Part shown: positions 9,202-18,003 of the stretch, in pieces
Numbering within the stretch: position 1 is the stretch's first letter
Layout of the letters: each line of letters starts with the position of its first letter
Source of the DNA: Candidatus Eiseniibacteriota bacterium
GTDB lineage: Bacteria > Eisenbacteria > RBG-16-71-46
Length of the DNA: 53,568 nucleotides
Assembly (NCBI GenBank): GCA_041498315.1
Contig: JBGQIE010000003.1
Coordinates: 1 to 53,568 of the forward strand
Reading direction: 5' to 3'
Position numbers and translations under genes: made by a program
Notes under the pieces: model-generated
What the model was told of the DNA's origin: nothing
The model's database searches: none
Seen by the model: the letters and a program-made list of their open reading frames with translations, nothing else

Positions 9202-10319
9202 TTCGGGGGTGTCCTCTCGGGGTGTGGCTGTCCCAGCAGCTGCTGGCGGAGGTCGAGCCGCAGCACGAACAGGTTGGCGAGCAGCACGAGCAGCGCGGCG
9301 CCGGCGGTGATCCACAGGTTGTAGCGCTTGCGGATGAACAGCATGCCCTGGCCCGCCGGCTCGGGGTTCGCCGCGCCGTCGGTGATGTCGAACTCGCGCG
9401 CCAGCCGCTCGACCTGGAGCAGGTGGATGACGGGGAGGCGGCGCTCGCCCAGCACGTTGATGACGCCGCGGTTCGGATAGTTGCGGGTCGTGAGGCGCTG
9501 GCTGAGGCCGGCGGGGATGAGCCGGCCGTTCTGGGCGCCGCCGAGGCTCGCGACCCCGCCGCCGACGTTGACGTAGAGCCTGATCGGCTTGCCGCGGGCG
9601 GCGGCGACCGAGTCGTAGAGGGCGACGCGCTCGCGCACCGCGACCAGCAGGTTGGGCGGATCGAGCAGACGGGCGCCGCCCCGGTCGATGGCGTCGATCA
9701 GGAGCTGGCGCCCGGCCGGCGACAGCCCGCGCCCCACGTCGCCCCCGCCCCCCAGCGAGGCCGCGAGCGAACGGTAGGGCCACAGCCCGGCCTTCACCGC
9801 GACCGCCTCCATGTCGAGCCAGCTCATCTCGGGGTCGGTGGCGCCGAACATCGAGGAGCCGGCCGACGTGATCAGGATGGGCTCGGCGCCGATCGCCCGG
9901 CAGGCGGCGAGCACCGCCAGGTTCATTCCCGGCAGCGAGCCCGTCATCCCCACGGCGACCAGGTCGCCGCCGCGCACCCCCGCCTGGAGCATCATCTGGG
10001 TCACCGCGGCCGCGAAGTTGGGATGCGCGGCCAGGCTTTTCGCCGCCTGGGCGCCGCGGTCGGTCGTGATGAGCGTGAACTCGGGCCCCACGAGCCCCGA
10101 GCCGGTGGGATCGTTGCGCGGGTCCACGGCGACGCCGCGCTCGCGCTTGGAGGTCGCGATCGCCCCCTCTGCCTTCTGCATCAGCCGCACTGCCTCGAGC
10201 TTCATCCGGTAGGCCTCGGCGTGCACCGGCGTGAGCGAGCGCTCCGCGACCGCGTAAGCGGCGAGCGCGAAGCAGGCCAGCCCGACGAGCGCCGGGGTCG
10301 AGGCGCGCGAGAGGCTCAT
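9198..10319 (-). CDS. pgsW: Poly-gamma-glutamate system protein PgsW
   Basis: N- and C-terminal TM segments; NDPTGSGLVGPEFTLITTDRG..K..HPNFAA, TGSLPGMN, GSSMFGA, YVNVGGG; directly follows pgsBC. Confidence 0.85.
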   Translation of the reverse strand: MSLSRASTPALVGLACFALAAYAVAERSLTPVHAEAYRMKLEAVRLMQKAEGAIATSKRERGVAVDPRNDPTGSGLVGPEFTLITTDRGAQAAKSLAAHPNFAAAVTQMMLQAGVRGGDLVAVGMTGSLPGMNLAVLAACRAIGAEPILITSAGSSMFGATDPEMSWLDMEAVAVKAGLWPYRSLAASLGGGGDVGRGLSPAGRQLLIDAIDRGGARLLDPPNLLVAVRERVALYDSVAAARGKPIRLYVNVGGGVASLGGAQNGRLIPAGLSQRLTTRNYPNRGVINVLGERRLPVIHLLQVERLAREFDITDGAANPEPAGQGMLFIRKRYNLWITAGAALLVLLANLFVLRLDLRQQLLGQPHPERTPPK

Positions 10320-10765
10320 CGGATGAGGTTCCCGGCGTTGATCAGCATGAGGAGCAGCCGCACCAGCACCGCGGTCGTGGTCATGACGCAGACGGTCTGG
10401 ACCACGCCCTGGCGCTCCATCCAATTGGCGATGAGCCCCGGGATGACGAAGCCGATGGTGCGCAGGTCCACCGGCAGGTCGTGGAGCTTGAAGACCAGCA
10501 GGTCGCGCGACAGGGCGCCGTAGATGAAGCCAATGAGCACCGCGACGACGATCCGGCGGCGGCCGTAGACCAGCGCGTAGCGCGACAACAGCTTGAGCGT
10601 GCCGAGGGTTAGCAGCGAGACCGCGACCGTGCCCACGATGCGCAGCGGCTCGTGGATCATGAGCGCCAGGTAGCCGGGCACGACCATGCCGCCCGCCGCG
10701 AGGCCGAGAGTCTCGGAGAAGACGAGACTGATCGCGAGCCCCAGGCCGATCGCCTCTTCAACCAC
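10316..10765 (-). CDS. pgsC: Poly-gamma-glutamate biosynthesis protein PgsC/CapC
   Basis: 149-aa hydrophobic protein with GGMVVPGYLAL, YGRRR, IGFVIPGLIANWMERQG. Confidence 0.95.
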   Translation of the reverse strand: MVEEAIGLGLAISLVFSETLGLAAGGMVVPGYLALMIHEPLRIVGTVAVSLLTLGTLKLLSRYALVYGRRRIVVAVLIGFIYGALSRDLLVFKLHDLPVDLRTIGFVIPGLIANWMERQGVVQTVCVMTTTAVLVRLLLMLINAGNLIR

Positions 10766-11936
10766 GTTCGACCGCCCGGTTGCTGAAGTGGAGCACGATC
10801 TCCTCGCCCAGCCCGACGATGTTGCCGATCCCGACCACCACGCCCCGGTCCTCGACCAGGTCGAGCACGTGCTCGTAGACGCGCTCCGCGTCGTACCCGC
10901 CCAGGTCGCGGATGCGATCCGCCGGAAGCCCGTGCTGGACGGCCTGGAACGCCACCAGCGCCGTGCCCCCGCCGGTCAGAACCACGAAGTCCGGATCGAG
11001 CCGTCGGCCCACGAGCTCGGCGATCTGGCCCGAGCGCTGGAGCCGGTCGGGGCGGCAGTTCGCGAGCACGATGCGCCGCACGCCCGGCTCGCGCCGATCG
11101 AGACCGAGACGCTGCCAGATGAGCAGCGTGGAGTCCGGGTCGTTGGCGGCGAACGCGTTCACGAACTCGACCACCCGCCGTCCGCTGCGCACCGTGTAGC
11201 GGCGCAGCACGCCGGGGTCGGGGGTCGCGGCCTGCATGCCGCGCAGCGCGGTCGCGCGGTCCACGCCGAGGTGGGCGCACACCGCGAGCGCGAGCGCCAC
11301 GTTCTCGGCGTGCTCGAAGTAGGAGAAACCCGCCAGATCCTCGCGGCCCACCCCCGACCCGTCCACGATCTCGAGCCGGGTGCCGCGCCGCCGTGCGACC
11401 GCTTCGAGGACCGGCGCGCGCGCGCGCTCGGCCGTGAACGCGTGGCCCCCCACCGGGAGGGTCTGCGCCAGCGCCTCGGCGGCGTCGTCCACGGTCGGAC
11501 CCATGACGTCGAGGTGGTCGGCGCGCACGTTGGTGATGACGCCCACCGTGCTCCGGATGAGCCGTAGCTCGGTCACCGGCTGGAGCTCGGGGCTCACCGC
11601 CATGCACTCGACGACCAGCGCGTCCGCTCCCGCCTCGAGCGCGCGCCGCACGACGCGGGTCTGCTCGATGATGTTGGGGCTGCCGACCCGGTAGACGTCC
11701 ACTTCGCCGCCGTCGGGGCCGATCATGCGCGCCATCGTGCCGGTCGTCTTGGCGAACACGCGCCGTCCGCCGGCCCTCAAGCCCCCAGCGATGAGGCGCG
11801 TGACGGACGACTTGCCGCGCGTGCCGTTGACGTGCACGCGGACGGGGATGCGGTCGAGATTGCGCTGGTGGCGACGCGATTCGAGGATACCGTAGGCCGC
11901 GAGGCCCACGGTCAGGACCACCGGGACGAGGATCAT
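10758..11936 (-). CDS. pgsB: Poly-gamma-glutamate synthase PgsB/CapB
   Basis: GGAGG RBS; N-terminal TM; HVNGTRGKSSVTRLI, KTTG, ECMAV, TNVRADHLDVMG, NAFAAND. Confidence 0.95.
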   Translation of the reverse strand: MILVPVVLTVGLAAYGILESRRHQRNLDRIPVRVHVNGTRGKSSVTRLIAGGLRAGGRRVFAKTTGTMARMIGPDGGEVDVYRVGSPNIIEQTRVVRRALEAGADALVVECMAVSPELQPVTELRLIRSTVGVITNVRADHLDVMGPTVDDAAEALAQTLPVGGHAFTAERARAPVLEAVARRRGTRLEIVDGSGVGREDLAGFSYFEHAENVALALAVCAHLGVDRATALRGMQAATPDPGVLRRYTVRSGRRVVEFVNAFAANDPDSTLLIWQRLGLDRREPGVRRIVLANCRPDRLQRSGQIAELVGRRLDPDFVVLTGGGTALVAFQAVQHGLPADRIRDLGGYDAERVYEHVLDLVEDRGVVVGIGNIVGLGEEIVLHFSNRAVERG

Positions 11937-12087
11937 GTCCTCCAGCTCGGTGCAGGATTCGGGCCCGGAGGGAGTGAGCCCGGCGGCCGGCCCAAGCGAA
12001 TGTCGCGCCGCATCCTGCCTCATCGCCGGGCAGGCGTCCACGCATCCAGACGGACCATCTCTCGCGCGGTGCCCGAACTCTGGCCGC

Positions 12088-13044
12088 TCAGTCCGGGAAC
12101 GCGACCAGGTGCGCGGCACGCTGCTCGTGCCACAACCCCGCCCCCGTGAAGCCCGGGCCCTCGAGGGCGAGTTGCTCGCCCAGCCCGCGCGAAGGCCGCG
12201 ACGTGATGCGCGCCCCCGCCACTCGCGCGAGCCAGTCGGTCGCCCCGATGCCCGGCGCCACCGCGGGGCTTCCGGGTGCCTGCTCGGCCGCCATGAGATA
12301 CGACGGCATCAGGCGACGGCCCAACGCCGCCCAGCTGTCCGGGTGCCCGATGATCTCGAGCCCCAGCAGGCGATGGTTCACGAGCGCGATCACGCCCACC
12401 TGTCCGGGCAGACTCTCGAACGCCCGCGCCTTCTCGGTCGCGGCGCCCAGCCGGGAGGCCACCCCTTCGTAGTAGTCGCGGCTCGCGGAGCGCGTCCTGC
12501 TCGCCTCCAGCGAAATTTCGACATCCTTCCAGAGCCTCGCCTGATCCACGTGGCCGATCGTGCGGGCTTCCTTCACGGTGGCCTGGCGAAGCGTCGGCTC
12601 GACGTGCGAGGGCGCCGCCTTGAATCCGCCCCACGATGGGGACCAGCGCCCCTGCTGCACGCAGCCCACCGGCACGCTCGCGGTCTGCCCCGCGCCGACC
12701 AGCACGCTGGCGACGACCGTGCGGTTCTGCTTCGCGCCGACGATCGCCTCGCCCTCGAGGAGGAGCACGGGCAGCGGGCCCCGGTTGCGCGCGAGCAGCT
12801 CGTTGACGACCCCCTGGCCCTGCTCGAGCACATCGAAGGTGCCGGCCTCGAGCGCCTGGTGCAGGAGCACGAACGGCTCCCCGGCTTCGCCACCGAGGAG
12901 CAGCGGCCAGACGTCGAGCCCGTGCGCCCGCTGCGGCTCGGCGAGCCGCAGGCGCCCGAGCCAGCCCGCGAGATCCGGGCCCGCGAGGGTGGCCCCGGCC
13001 TGATCTGACGTGAAGAGTTCGCGCGGATAGAGTGGGCGGTTCAT
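12088..13044 (-). CDS. ARPP-1 (DUF6569)-like domain protein
   Basis: AGAAAGGA RBS before MNRPLYP; motifs VLLLEGEAIVGAKQNR, VPVGCVQQGRW, DQARLW, GQVGVIALVN recalled from the ARPP-1/DUF6569 family. Confidence 0.75.
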   Translation of the reverse strand: MNRPLYPRELFTSDQAGATLAGPDLAGWLGRLRLAEPQRAHGLDVWPLLLGGEAGEPFVLLHQALEAGTFDVLEQGQGVVNELLARNRGPLPVLLLEGEAIVGAKQNRTVVASVLVGAGQTASVPVGCVQQGRWSPSWGGFKAAPSHVEPTLRQATVKEARTIGHVDQARLWKDVEISLEASRTRSASRDYYEGVASRLGAATEKARAFESLPGQVGVIALVNHRLLGLEIIGHPDSWAALGRRLMPSYLMAAEQAPGSPAVAPGIGATDWLARVAGARITSRPSRGLGEQLALEGPGFTGAGLWHEQRAAHLVAFPD

Positions 13045-13055
13045 GATGGAATCCT

Positions 13056-13178
13056 TTCTCTGAGCGGAGAACGTGGCGGGCATGCCGGTCCATTTGCCGG
13101 TTTGCTCGTCGCCTTCGACCGGCACTATAATCTCTGACTGGAGAATGGTCAAAGAATTTGTTTCCTGTAGAGAGAATG
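13056..13178. promoter_or_regulatory. Three candidate operators, consensus TTCTC-N6-GAGAA
   Basis: TTCTCTGAGCGGAGAACG (13056-13073), ATCTCTGACTGGAGAATG (13130-13147), TTTCCTGTAGAGAGAATG (13161-13178). Confidence 0.65.
13124..13152 (-). promoter_or_regulatory. Sigma70-type promoter of ARPP-1-like gene
   Basis: TTGACC-N17-TATAGT on minus strand in an AT-richer patch. Confidence 0.7.
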
Positions 13179-13188
13179 TCGCCAGTGG

Positions 13189-13217
13189 TTGCCGAACGGA
13201 CCTGCCAAAGCTAGGCT
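13189..13217 (+). promoter_or_regulatory. Sigma70-type promoter of XRE regulator (probably leaderless mRNA)
   Basis: TTGCCG-N17-TAGGCT; only 7 nt between -10 and ATG at 13225; no Shine-Dalgarno. Confidence 0.55.
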
Positions 13218-13224
13218 GTCCAGC

Positions 13225-14103
13225 ATGAAGCGTGGAACCAACCCCAAGCCGCGCACGAGGATTCCAGACCCGATCGGGCAGCGGATCAAGGACCTTCGGA
13301 CCGCTCGCGGAATGTCCCTTCAGGATCTGGCAGAGCGGGTGGGGGTCGCCCCTTCGCACGTTTTCCACGTCGAGAACGGGGACAAGGTCCCCAGCGAGGA
13401 GCTGGCGGCCGAGATCGCCCGGGTGCTGCAGGATGACGTGGATCTCTACCGCGCCTGGGCGAGGGCCCGGTCGCGCTCGGACTTCTACACCGCGGTGTCC
13501 TCGGCCGAGGTGCTCGCGCAGTACCTGCGCGACGTGGAATCGCAGCGGCTCGAGGAGGAGAAGGTGCCCGAGCAAGTCGCCGCCATGATGAAATGGGAGC
13601 GGCCCCGGGTCGGCGGCGGGTCGAAAGCGAAGCAACCCACCGCCCGCCTGATCGGTGCCCGTCAGGCGGCGATCGCTCCGCAGCCCGCGCGTCTGCTCGT
13701 CCCCCTGCTCGCCGCCGGCGCCGACCCGGGCCGGGAGCCCGCCTCCTCGCAGGGCGTCGAGGCCATCCGGCTCGACCCGCGCGCGCTCGACCAGAGCGAG
13801 CCACTCGAGCGGCCGTTCGCCTACGCGCTCACCCCCGCGACCACGAGCCGCGTCGCGGGGCTCCTGCCCGATCGCGGCGTCGCCATCTTCACGCGCCGCG
13901 TCCTGCCCGTGGTCGCGCACGAGATCTACGCGGTCCGGCACGAGGGACGCGTCGTGCTGAGCCGCGCGATGTGGAACGGGCGCGAGCTGCTGCTCCTGCC
14001 CGCCCCGGGCGCGAGCGATTTTCTCGTGCTCTTCGCGGAGAGCGAGGCGGCCGTGGCGGCGCTCATCGCGGGCCGGGTCGCCGTGGTGCGCGCCGAGCCC
14101 TAG
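13225..14103 (+). CDS. XRE-family HTH regulator with degenerate S24 (LexA/CI-like) C-terminal domain
   Basis: IGQRIKDLRTARGMSLQDLAERVGVAPSHVFHVENGDKVPS (HTH_3); C-terminal VPLLAAG..FAYAL..EIYAVRHEGRVVLSR resembles S24 fold. Confidence 0.8.
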   Translation: MKRGTNPKPRTRIPDPIGQRIKDLRTARGMSLQDLAERVGVAPSHVFHVENGDKVPSEELAAEIARVLQDDVDLYRAWARARSRSDFYTAVSSAEVLAQYLRDVESQRLEEEKVPEQVAAMMKWERPRVGGGSKAKQPTARLIGARQAAIAPQPARLLVPLLAAGADPGREPASSQGVEAIRLDPRALDQSEPLERPFAYALTPATTSRVAGLLPDRGVAIFTRRVLPVVAHEIYAVRHEGRVVLSRAMWNGRELLLLPAPGASDFLVLFAESEAAVAALIAGRVAVVRAEP

Positions 14104-14126
14104 GCCCGCCACCCCCGCCGAACGCC

Positions 14127-14468
14127 GTGCCCCTCCCACTCCACCTCGAGCGCCTGGCCCGCGAGTGCGTCGTCACGCCCTTCAAGTCCTCGGGCCCGGG
14201 CGGGCAGAAGAAGAACAAGACCGAGTCGAGCGTGCGCGTGCGCCACGTGCCGACCGGGATCACGCGCATCGCGACCGAGAGCCGCTCGCAGGCCCGCAAC
14301 CGCACGCTGGCACTCGAGCGGGTCTACGACGAGCTCAAGCGGCGCGCGCGCAAGCCCAAGCCCCGCACCCCGACCAAACCCACGCGTGCCGCGAAGGAAC
14401 GGCGCCTGGACGAAAAGAAGCGCGCGGGCGAGAAGAAGCGTCTGCGCGGGGCCTCATCCGAGGAGTAG
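14127..14468 (+). CDS. arfB: ArfB/YaeJ-like peptidyl-tRNA hydrolase (ribosome rescue factor)
   Basis: SSGPGGQKKNKTESSV (GGQ), ESRSQARNR, basic tail PRTPTKPTRAAKERRLDEKKRAGEKKRLR. Confidence 0.82.
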   Translation: MPLPLHLERLARECVVTPFKSSGPGGQKKNKTESSVRVRHVPTGITRIATESRSQARNRTLALERVYDELKRRARKPKPRTPTKPTRAAKERRLDEKKRAGEKKRLRGASSEE

Positions 14469-14494
14469 CGGGCGGGCCTCCCCCGGCACCGGCC

Positions 14495-15184
14495 TTAAGA
14501 GCGGTCGAACCCCTCGTGTTCGGCCGCGTCCTCCGCATGATGCTTGATGACGCGGGCCTCCGCGATGAACACGACCTCCTCCGCAACGTTGGTCGCCATG
14601 TCGCCCACCCGTTCCAGGTTGCGCGCGACCAGGATCAGCTCCAGCGCCCGAGTGATCGTCGCCGGATCCTCGGTCATGAAGGTGAGGAGATCGCGGAACA
14701 GCTGCCGGTTGAGATTGTCCACCTCGTCGTCGCGCCGGCAGATGCGACGGGCGGTCTCGGCGTCGTCGCGCACGAACGCGTCGAGCGCCTCATGCAGCAT
14801 GTCGCTCGCCAGCTCGGCCATGCGCGGGATGTCCACGCGCGGCTTGAGCTGCGGTTGCTCGGCGAGCCGCATCGCGCTGCCGGCGATGTTGACCGCGTGA
14901 TCGCCGACGCGCTCGAGGTCGTTCGAAATCTTGAGCGCCGAGGTGATGAAGCGCAGGTCGCGGGCGAGCGGCTGCTGAAGCGCGAGCAATCGCAGGCAGC
15001 GGTCGTCGATGTCAAGCTCGAGCCGGTCGATGAGCTTGTCGGCCGCGAACACCTCGCGCGCCAGCGCCGGATCGCGCCGCATGAGCGCGTCCACCGCCTT
15101 GAGGATGATGGCCTCGGCGTGGCCGCCCATGCGCAGCAGCTGCTCCCTGAGCGCCTCGAGCTCGCGTACGAAATGGCGTTCCAC
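14495..15184 (-). CDS. phoU: Phosphate signalling protein PhoU
   Basis: LQQPLARDLR, DLERVGDHAVNIA, LERVGDMATNVAE; follows pstB. Confidence 0.96.
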   Translation of the reverse strand: MERHFVRELEALREQLLRMGGHAEAIILKAVDALMRRDPALAREVFAADKLIDRLELDIDDRCLRLLALQQPLARDLRFITSALKISNDLERVGDHAVNIAGSAMRLAEQPQLKPRVDIPRMAELASDMLHEALDAFVRDDAETARRICRRDDEVDNLNRQLFRDLLTFMTEDPATITRALELILVARNLERVGDMATNVAEEVVFIAEARVIKHHAEDAAEHEGFDRS

Positions 15185-15202
15185 GTCCGTCTCCCGTTCC
15201 GG

Positions 15203-16051
15203 CTAGCCGAACCGGCCGGTGATGTAATCCTCGGTGAGCTTGACGCGCGGGCTCGTGAACAGCTGCTTGGTCGCGTCGGCCTCGACCAGCTCGCCGGAGA
15301 GCAGGAACGCGGTGCGGTCCGAAACCCGCGCCGCCTGCTGCATGTTGTGCGTCACGATCATGATGGTGTAGCGCGTCTTGAGGTCGAGCATGAGCTCCTC
15401 GATGCGCGCGGTGGCGGTGGGATCGAGCGCCGAGGCCGGCTCGTCCATGAGCAGGACCTCGGGGTCCACGGCGAGGCAGCGTGCGATGCACAGCCGCTGC
15501 TGTTGCCCGCCCGAGAGCCGCAACGCCGGCTGGCCGAGGCGGTCCTTGACCTCCTCCCACAGCGCCGCACGCTGCAGGCTGTCCTCGACCCGCGCCTCGA
15601 CCTCGAGGCGATTGCGGAGCCCGAGCATGCGCAGGCCGAACGCCGCGTTGTCGAAGATCGACTTGGGGAACGGATTGGGCCGCTGGAACACCATCCCGAC
15701 CCGCCGCCGCAGCGCCACCACGTCGGTGGCGGGATCGAGCACGTTCTCGCCCGAGACCCTCACCTCGCCCCGCGTGCGCACACCGGGGATGAGGTCGTTC
15801 ATGCGGTTGAAGGCGCGCAGCAGCGTGCTCTTGCCGCAGCCTGACGGGCCGATGATCGCGGTCACGCTGTTCGTCGGGACGTCGAGCGTGATGTTTCGCA
15901 GCGCGTGATGGGCCCCGTAGAAGAGATGAAAGTTTCGCGTCGCGAGCCGGCCTTCGGGCCGCGCGGCCTCGGTCGGCGCGACCGGACGGTCCGCGCCCGG
16001 GGCCGGGGCCGCCAGGCCGGCATTGATTCGCAGGGGTGTGTCCACGCTCAT
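15203..16051 (-). CDS. pstB: Phosphate ABC transporter ATP-binding protein
   Basis: [56 protein letters not shown]. Confidence 0.97.
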   Translation of the reverse strand: MSVDTPLRINAGLAAPAPGADRPVAPTEAARPEGRLATRNFHLFYGAHHALRNITLDVPTNSVTAIIGPSGCGKSTLLRAFNRMNDLIPGVRTRGEVRVSGENVLDPATDVVALRRRVGMVFQRPNPFPKSIFDNAAFGLRMLGLRNRLEVEARVEDSLQRAALWEEVKDRLGQPALRLSGGQQQRLCIARCLAVDPEVLLMDEPASALDPTATARIEELMLDLKTRYTIMIVTHNMQQAARVSDRTAFLLSGELVEADATKQLFTSPRVKLTEDYITGRFG

Positions 16052-16097
16052 CAGCTTAGTCCGCGCGCGCCGCGGGCGCGAACGCTGACCGCCGCGC

Positions 16098-17021
16098 TCA
16101 TCGCCGCACGATCCCGCGGGTGGCGACGCGCACCAGCGCCGACACCAGCGTCACGAGCAGCAGCAGCACCAGCGCGGCGGTCCACGCCTGCCGATTCCAG
16201 TCCTCGTACGGCGCCCGTGCGTAGTCGAAGATGTAGACCGGCAGCGAGGCGATCGGCTGGTCGAGCGCCAGGGTCCAGAAGCGGCTGCCGAGCGCCGTGA
16301 ACAGCAGCGGCGCGGTCTCGCCCGCGGCGCGCGCGAGCGCCAGCAGGCAGGCGGTGATGACGGCGCCCGAGGCCGCGGGCAGCACCACGGAGTGGATCAT
16401 GCGCCAGCGCGGCGCCCCCAGGCCGAGCGCGGCCTCGCGGTAGGAGCGCGGCACCAGCCGCACCACCTCCTCGGTCGAGCGCACGATGGTGGGCAGCATG
16501 AGGAGCCCGAGCGCAACCCCGCCCGCGAGCGCGGAGAAGCGCCCCATCGGCACCACCACCAGCCCGTAGGCCGCGACCCCGACCACGATCGAGGGCACGC
16601 CCGAGAACACGTCGGCGGTGTAGCGCACCAGCGCTCCCAGCCGCCCGTCGCCGTATTCCGCGAGGTAGAGCCCGGCGCCCACGCCGACCGGCACCGCGAA
16701 CAACGCCGCGAGCCCGATCAGGACCAGCGTGCCGACGATCGCGTTCGCCACGCCGCCGCCCGGCTCCCCGACCGGCTTGGGCAGGTGGAGGAAGAAGTCG
16801 AGGCTGAGTCCGGCCAACCCCTTCGCGAGCAGGTGCCAGACGATCAGGGCGAGCGGCAGGATCACGACCGCGGCGGCGAGATGACAGAGCACGATGACGC
16901 CGCGGTCGTGCAGCCGGCGGGCCCGCGAGGGCCCGCGATTCTCGAGCGGCGCCGGCGGCCGGCGGCCCGAACCACCGGCAGGCCGCGCCCGGCCCGGCTC
17001 AGGCCGCGCCGGCGACGTCAC
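16098..17021 (-). CDS. pstA: Phosphate ABC transporter permease PstA
   Basis: [28 protein letters not shown]; operon position. Confidence 0.95.
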   Translation of the reverse strand: MTSPARPEPGRARPAGGSGRRPPAPLENRGPSRARRLHDRGVIVLCHLAAAVVILPLALIVWHLLAKGLAGLSLDFFLHLPKPVGEPGGGVANAIVGTLVLIGLAALFAVPVGVGAGLYLAEYGDGRLGALVRYTADVFSGVPSIVVGVAAYGLVVVPMGRFSALAGGVALGLLMLPTIVRSTEEVVRLVPRSYREAALGLGAPRWRMIHSVVLPAASGAVITACLLALARAAGETAPLLFTALGSRFWTLALDQPIASLPVYIFDYARAPYEDWNRQAWTAALVLLLLVTLVSALVRVATRGIVRR

Positions 17022-17988
17022 GTCGGCCTCCGGTGGCCCAGAGCACCAGCAAGCGCGCCACGCCGTTGACCAATACCGTGAAGCCGAACAGCACCAGCGC
17101 GATCTCGACCAGCGCCGAGAGGTGGAGCCGGCCGGTCGCCTCGGTGAACTCGTTGGCGATCACGCTCGCCATGGTCGCCCCGGGAGCGAGCAGCGAGGCC
17201 GAGATGCGATTGGTGTTCCCGATCACCATGGTCACCGCCATGGTCTCGCCCAGTGCCCGCCCGAGCGCGAGGATCACGGCGCCCAGGATCCCGGGGCGCG
17301 CGGCGTCGAGCGTGACGCCGATCGCCTCGGCGCGCGTCGCGCCCAGCGCCAGCGCCGCCTCGCGCAGCGTGCGCGGCATCGCGAGCAGCACCTCGCGCGA
17401 GATCGAGACGATGGTGGGCACGATCATGATTGCGAGCACGATCCCGGCGTTCAGCATGCCGATCCCGAACGGGTAGCCGCGGAACAGCGGCAGGAACCCC
17501 AGGTGGGCGATGAGCCACGGCTCGACCGTGACGCGCAGGAAGGGGGCGAGCACGAACATCCCCCAGATGCCGTAGACGATGCTCGGGATCGAGGCCAGCA
17601 GCTCGACCACGAACGATACCGCCTGGCCCACCCCGCGCGGCGCGATTTCGGCCAGATAGACCGCGGCGCCGACCCCGAGCGGAAGCGCGAGCACCAGCGC
17701 GAGCGTCGAGGACACCACCGTGCCGTAGAGGTAGGGCAGCGCGCCGAACTTCTCCGCCACCGGATCCCAGGTCGTGCCGACGAGGAAGCGCCAGCCGAAG
17801 GCGCGAATTGCGGGCAGCGCGCCGTGGGCGGTCTCCCACACGATCAGCGCGACCACCGCGAACACCGAGAGCGCCGCCAGCGCCAGCAGCCGGCGGTGAA
17901 GCTCGTCCGCCGACAGCCAGCGCGGGAGCGTCTTCGTGCGCGGGCGCGCGAGCGCCGCGGCGCGCATCGTGGTCATCCCGACACCCAC
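16999..17988 (-). CDS. pstC: Phosphate ABC transporter permease PstC
   Basis: ELLASIPSIVYGIWG, GRALGETMAVTMVIGN; operon position. Confidence 0.95.
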   Translation of the reverse strand: MGVGMTTMRAAALARPRTKTLPRWLSADELHRRLLALAALSVFAVVALIVWETAHGALPAIRAFGWRFLVGTTWDPVAEKFGALPYLYGTVVSSTLALVLALPLGVGAAVYLAEIAPRGVGQAVSFVVELLASIPSIVYGIWGMFVLAPFLRVTVEPWLIAHLGFLPLFRGYPFGIGMLNAGIVLAIMIVPTIVSISREVLLAMPRTLREAALALGATRAEAIGVTLDAARPGILGAVILALGRALGETMAVTMVIGNTNRISASLLAPGATMASVIANEFTEATGRLHLSALVEIALVLFGFTVLVNGVARLLVLWATGGRRDVAGAA

Positions 17989-18003
17989 CTCAGCGCCCTG
18001 CGC

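Noticed and set aside
13225-14103. CI-like repressor as evidence of a prophage
   Set aside because: No integrase, structural genes or att-like repeats nearby; the flanks are ordinary chromosomal genes
12088-14139. Apparent 683-aa ARPP-1 fusion protein
   Set aside because: The extension is antisense to the XRE gene; RBS and promoter place the start at 13044
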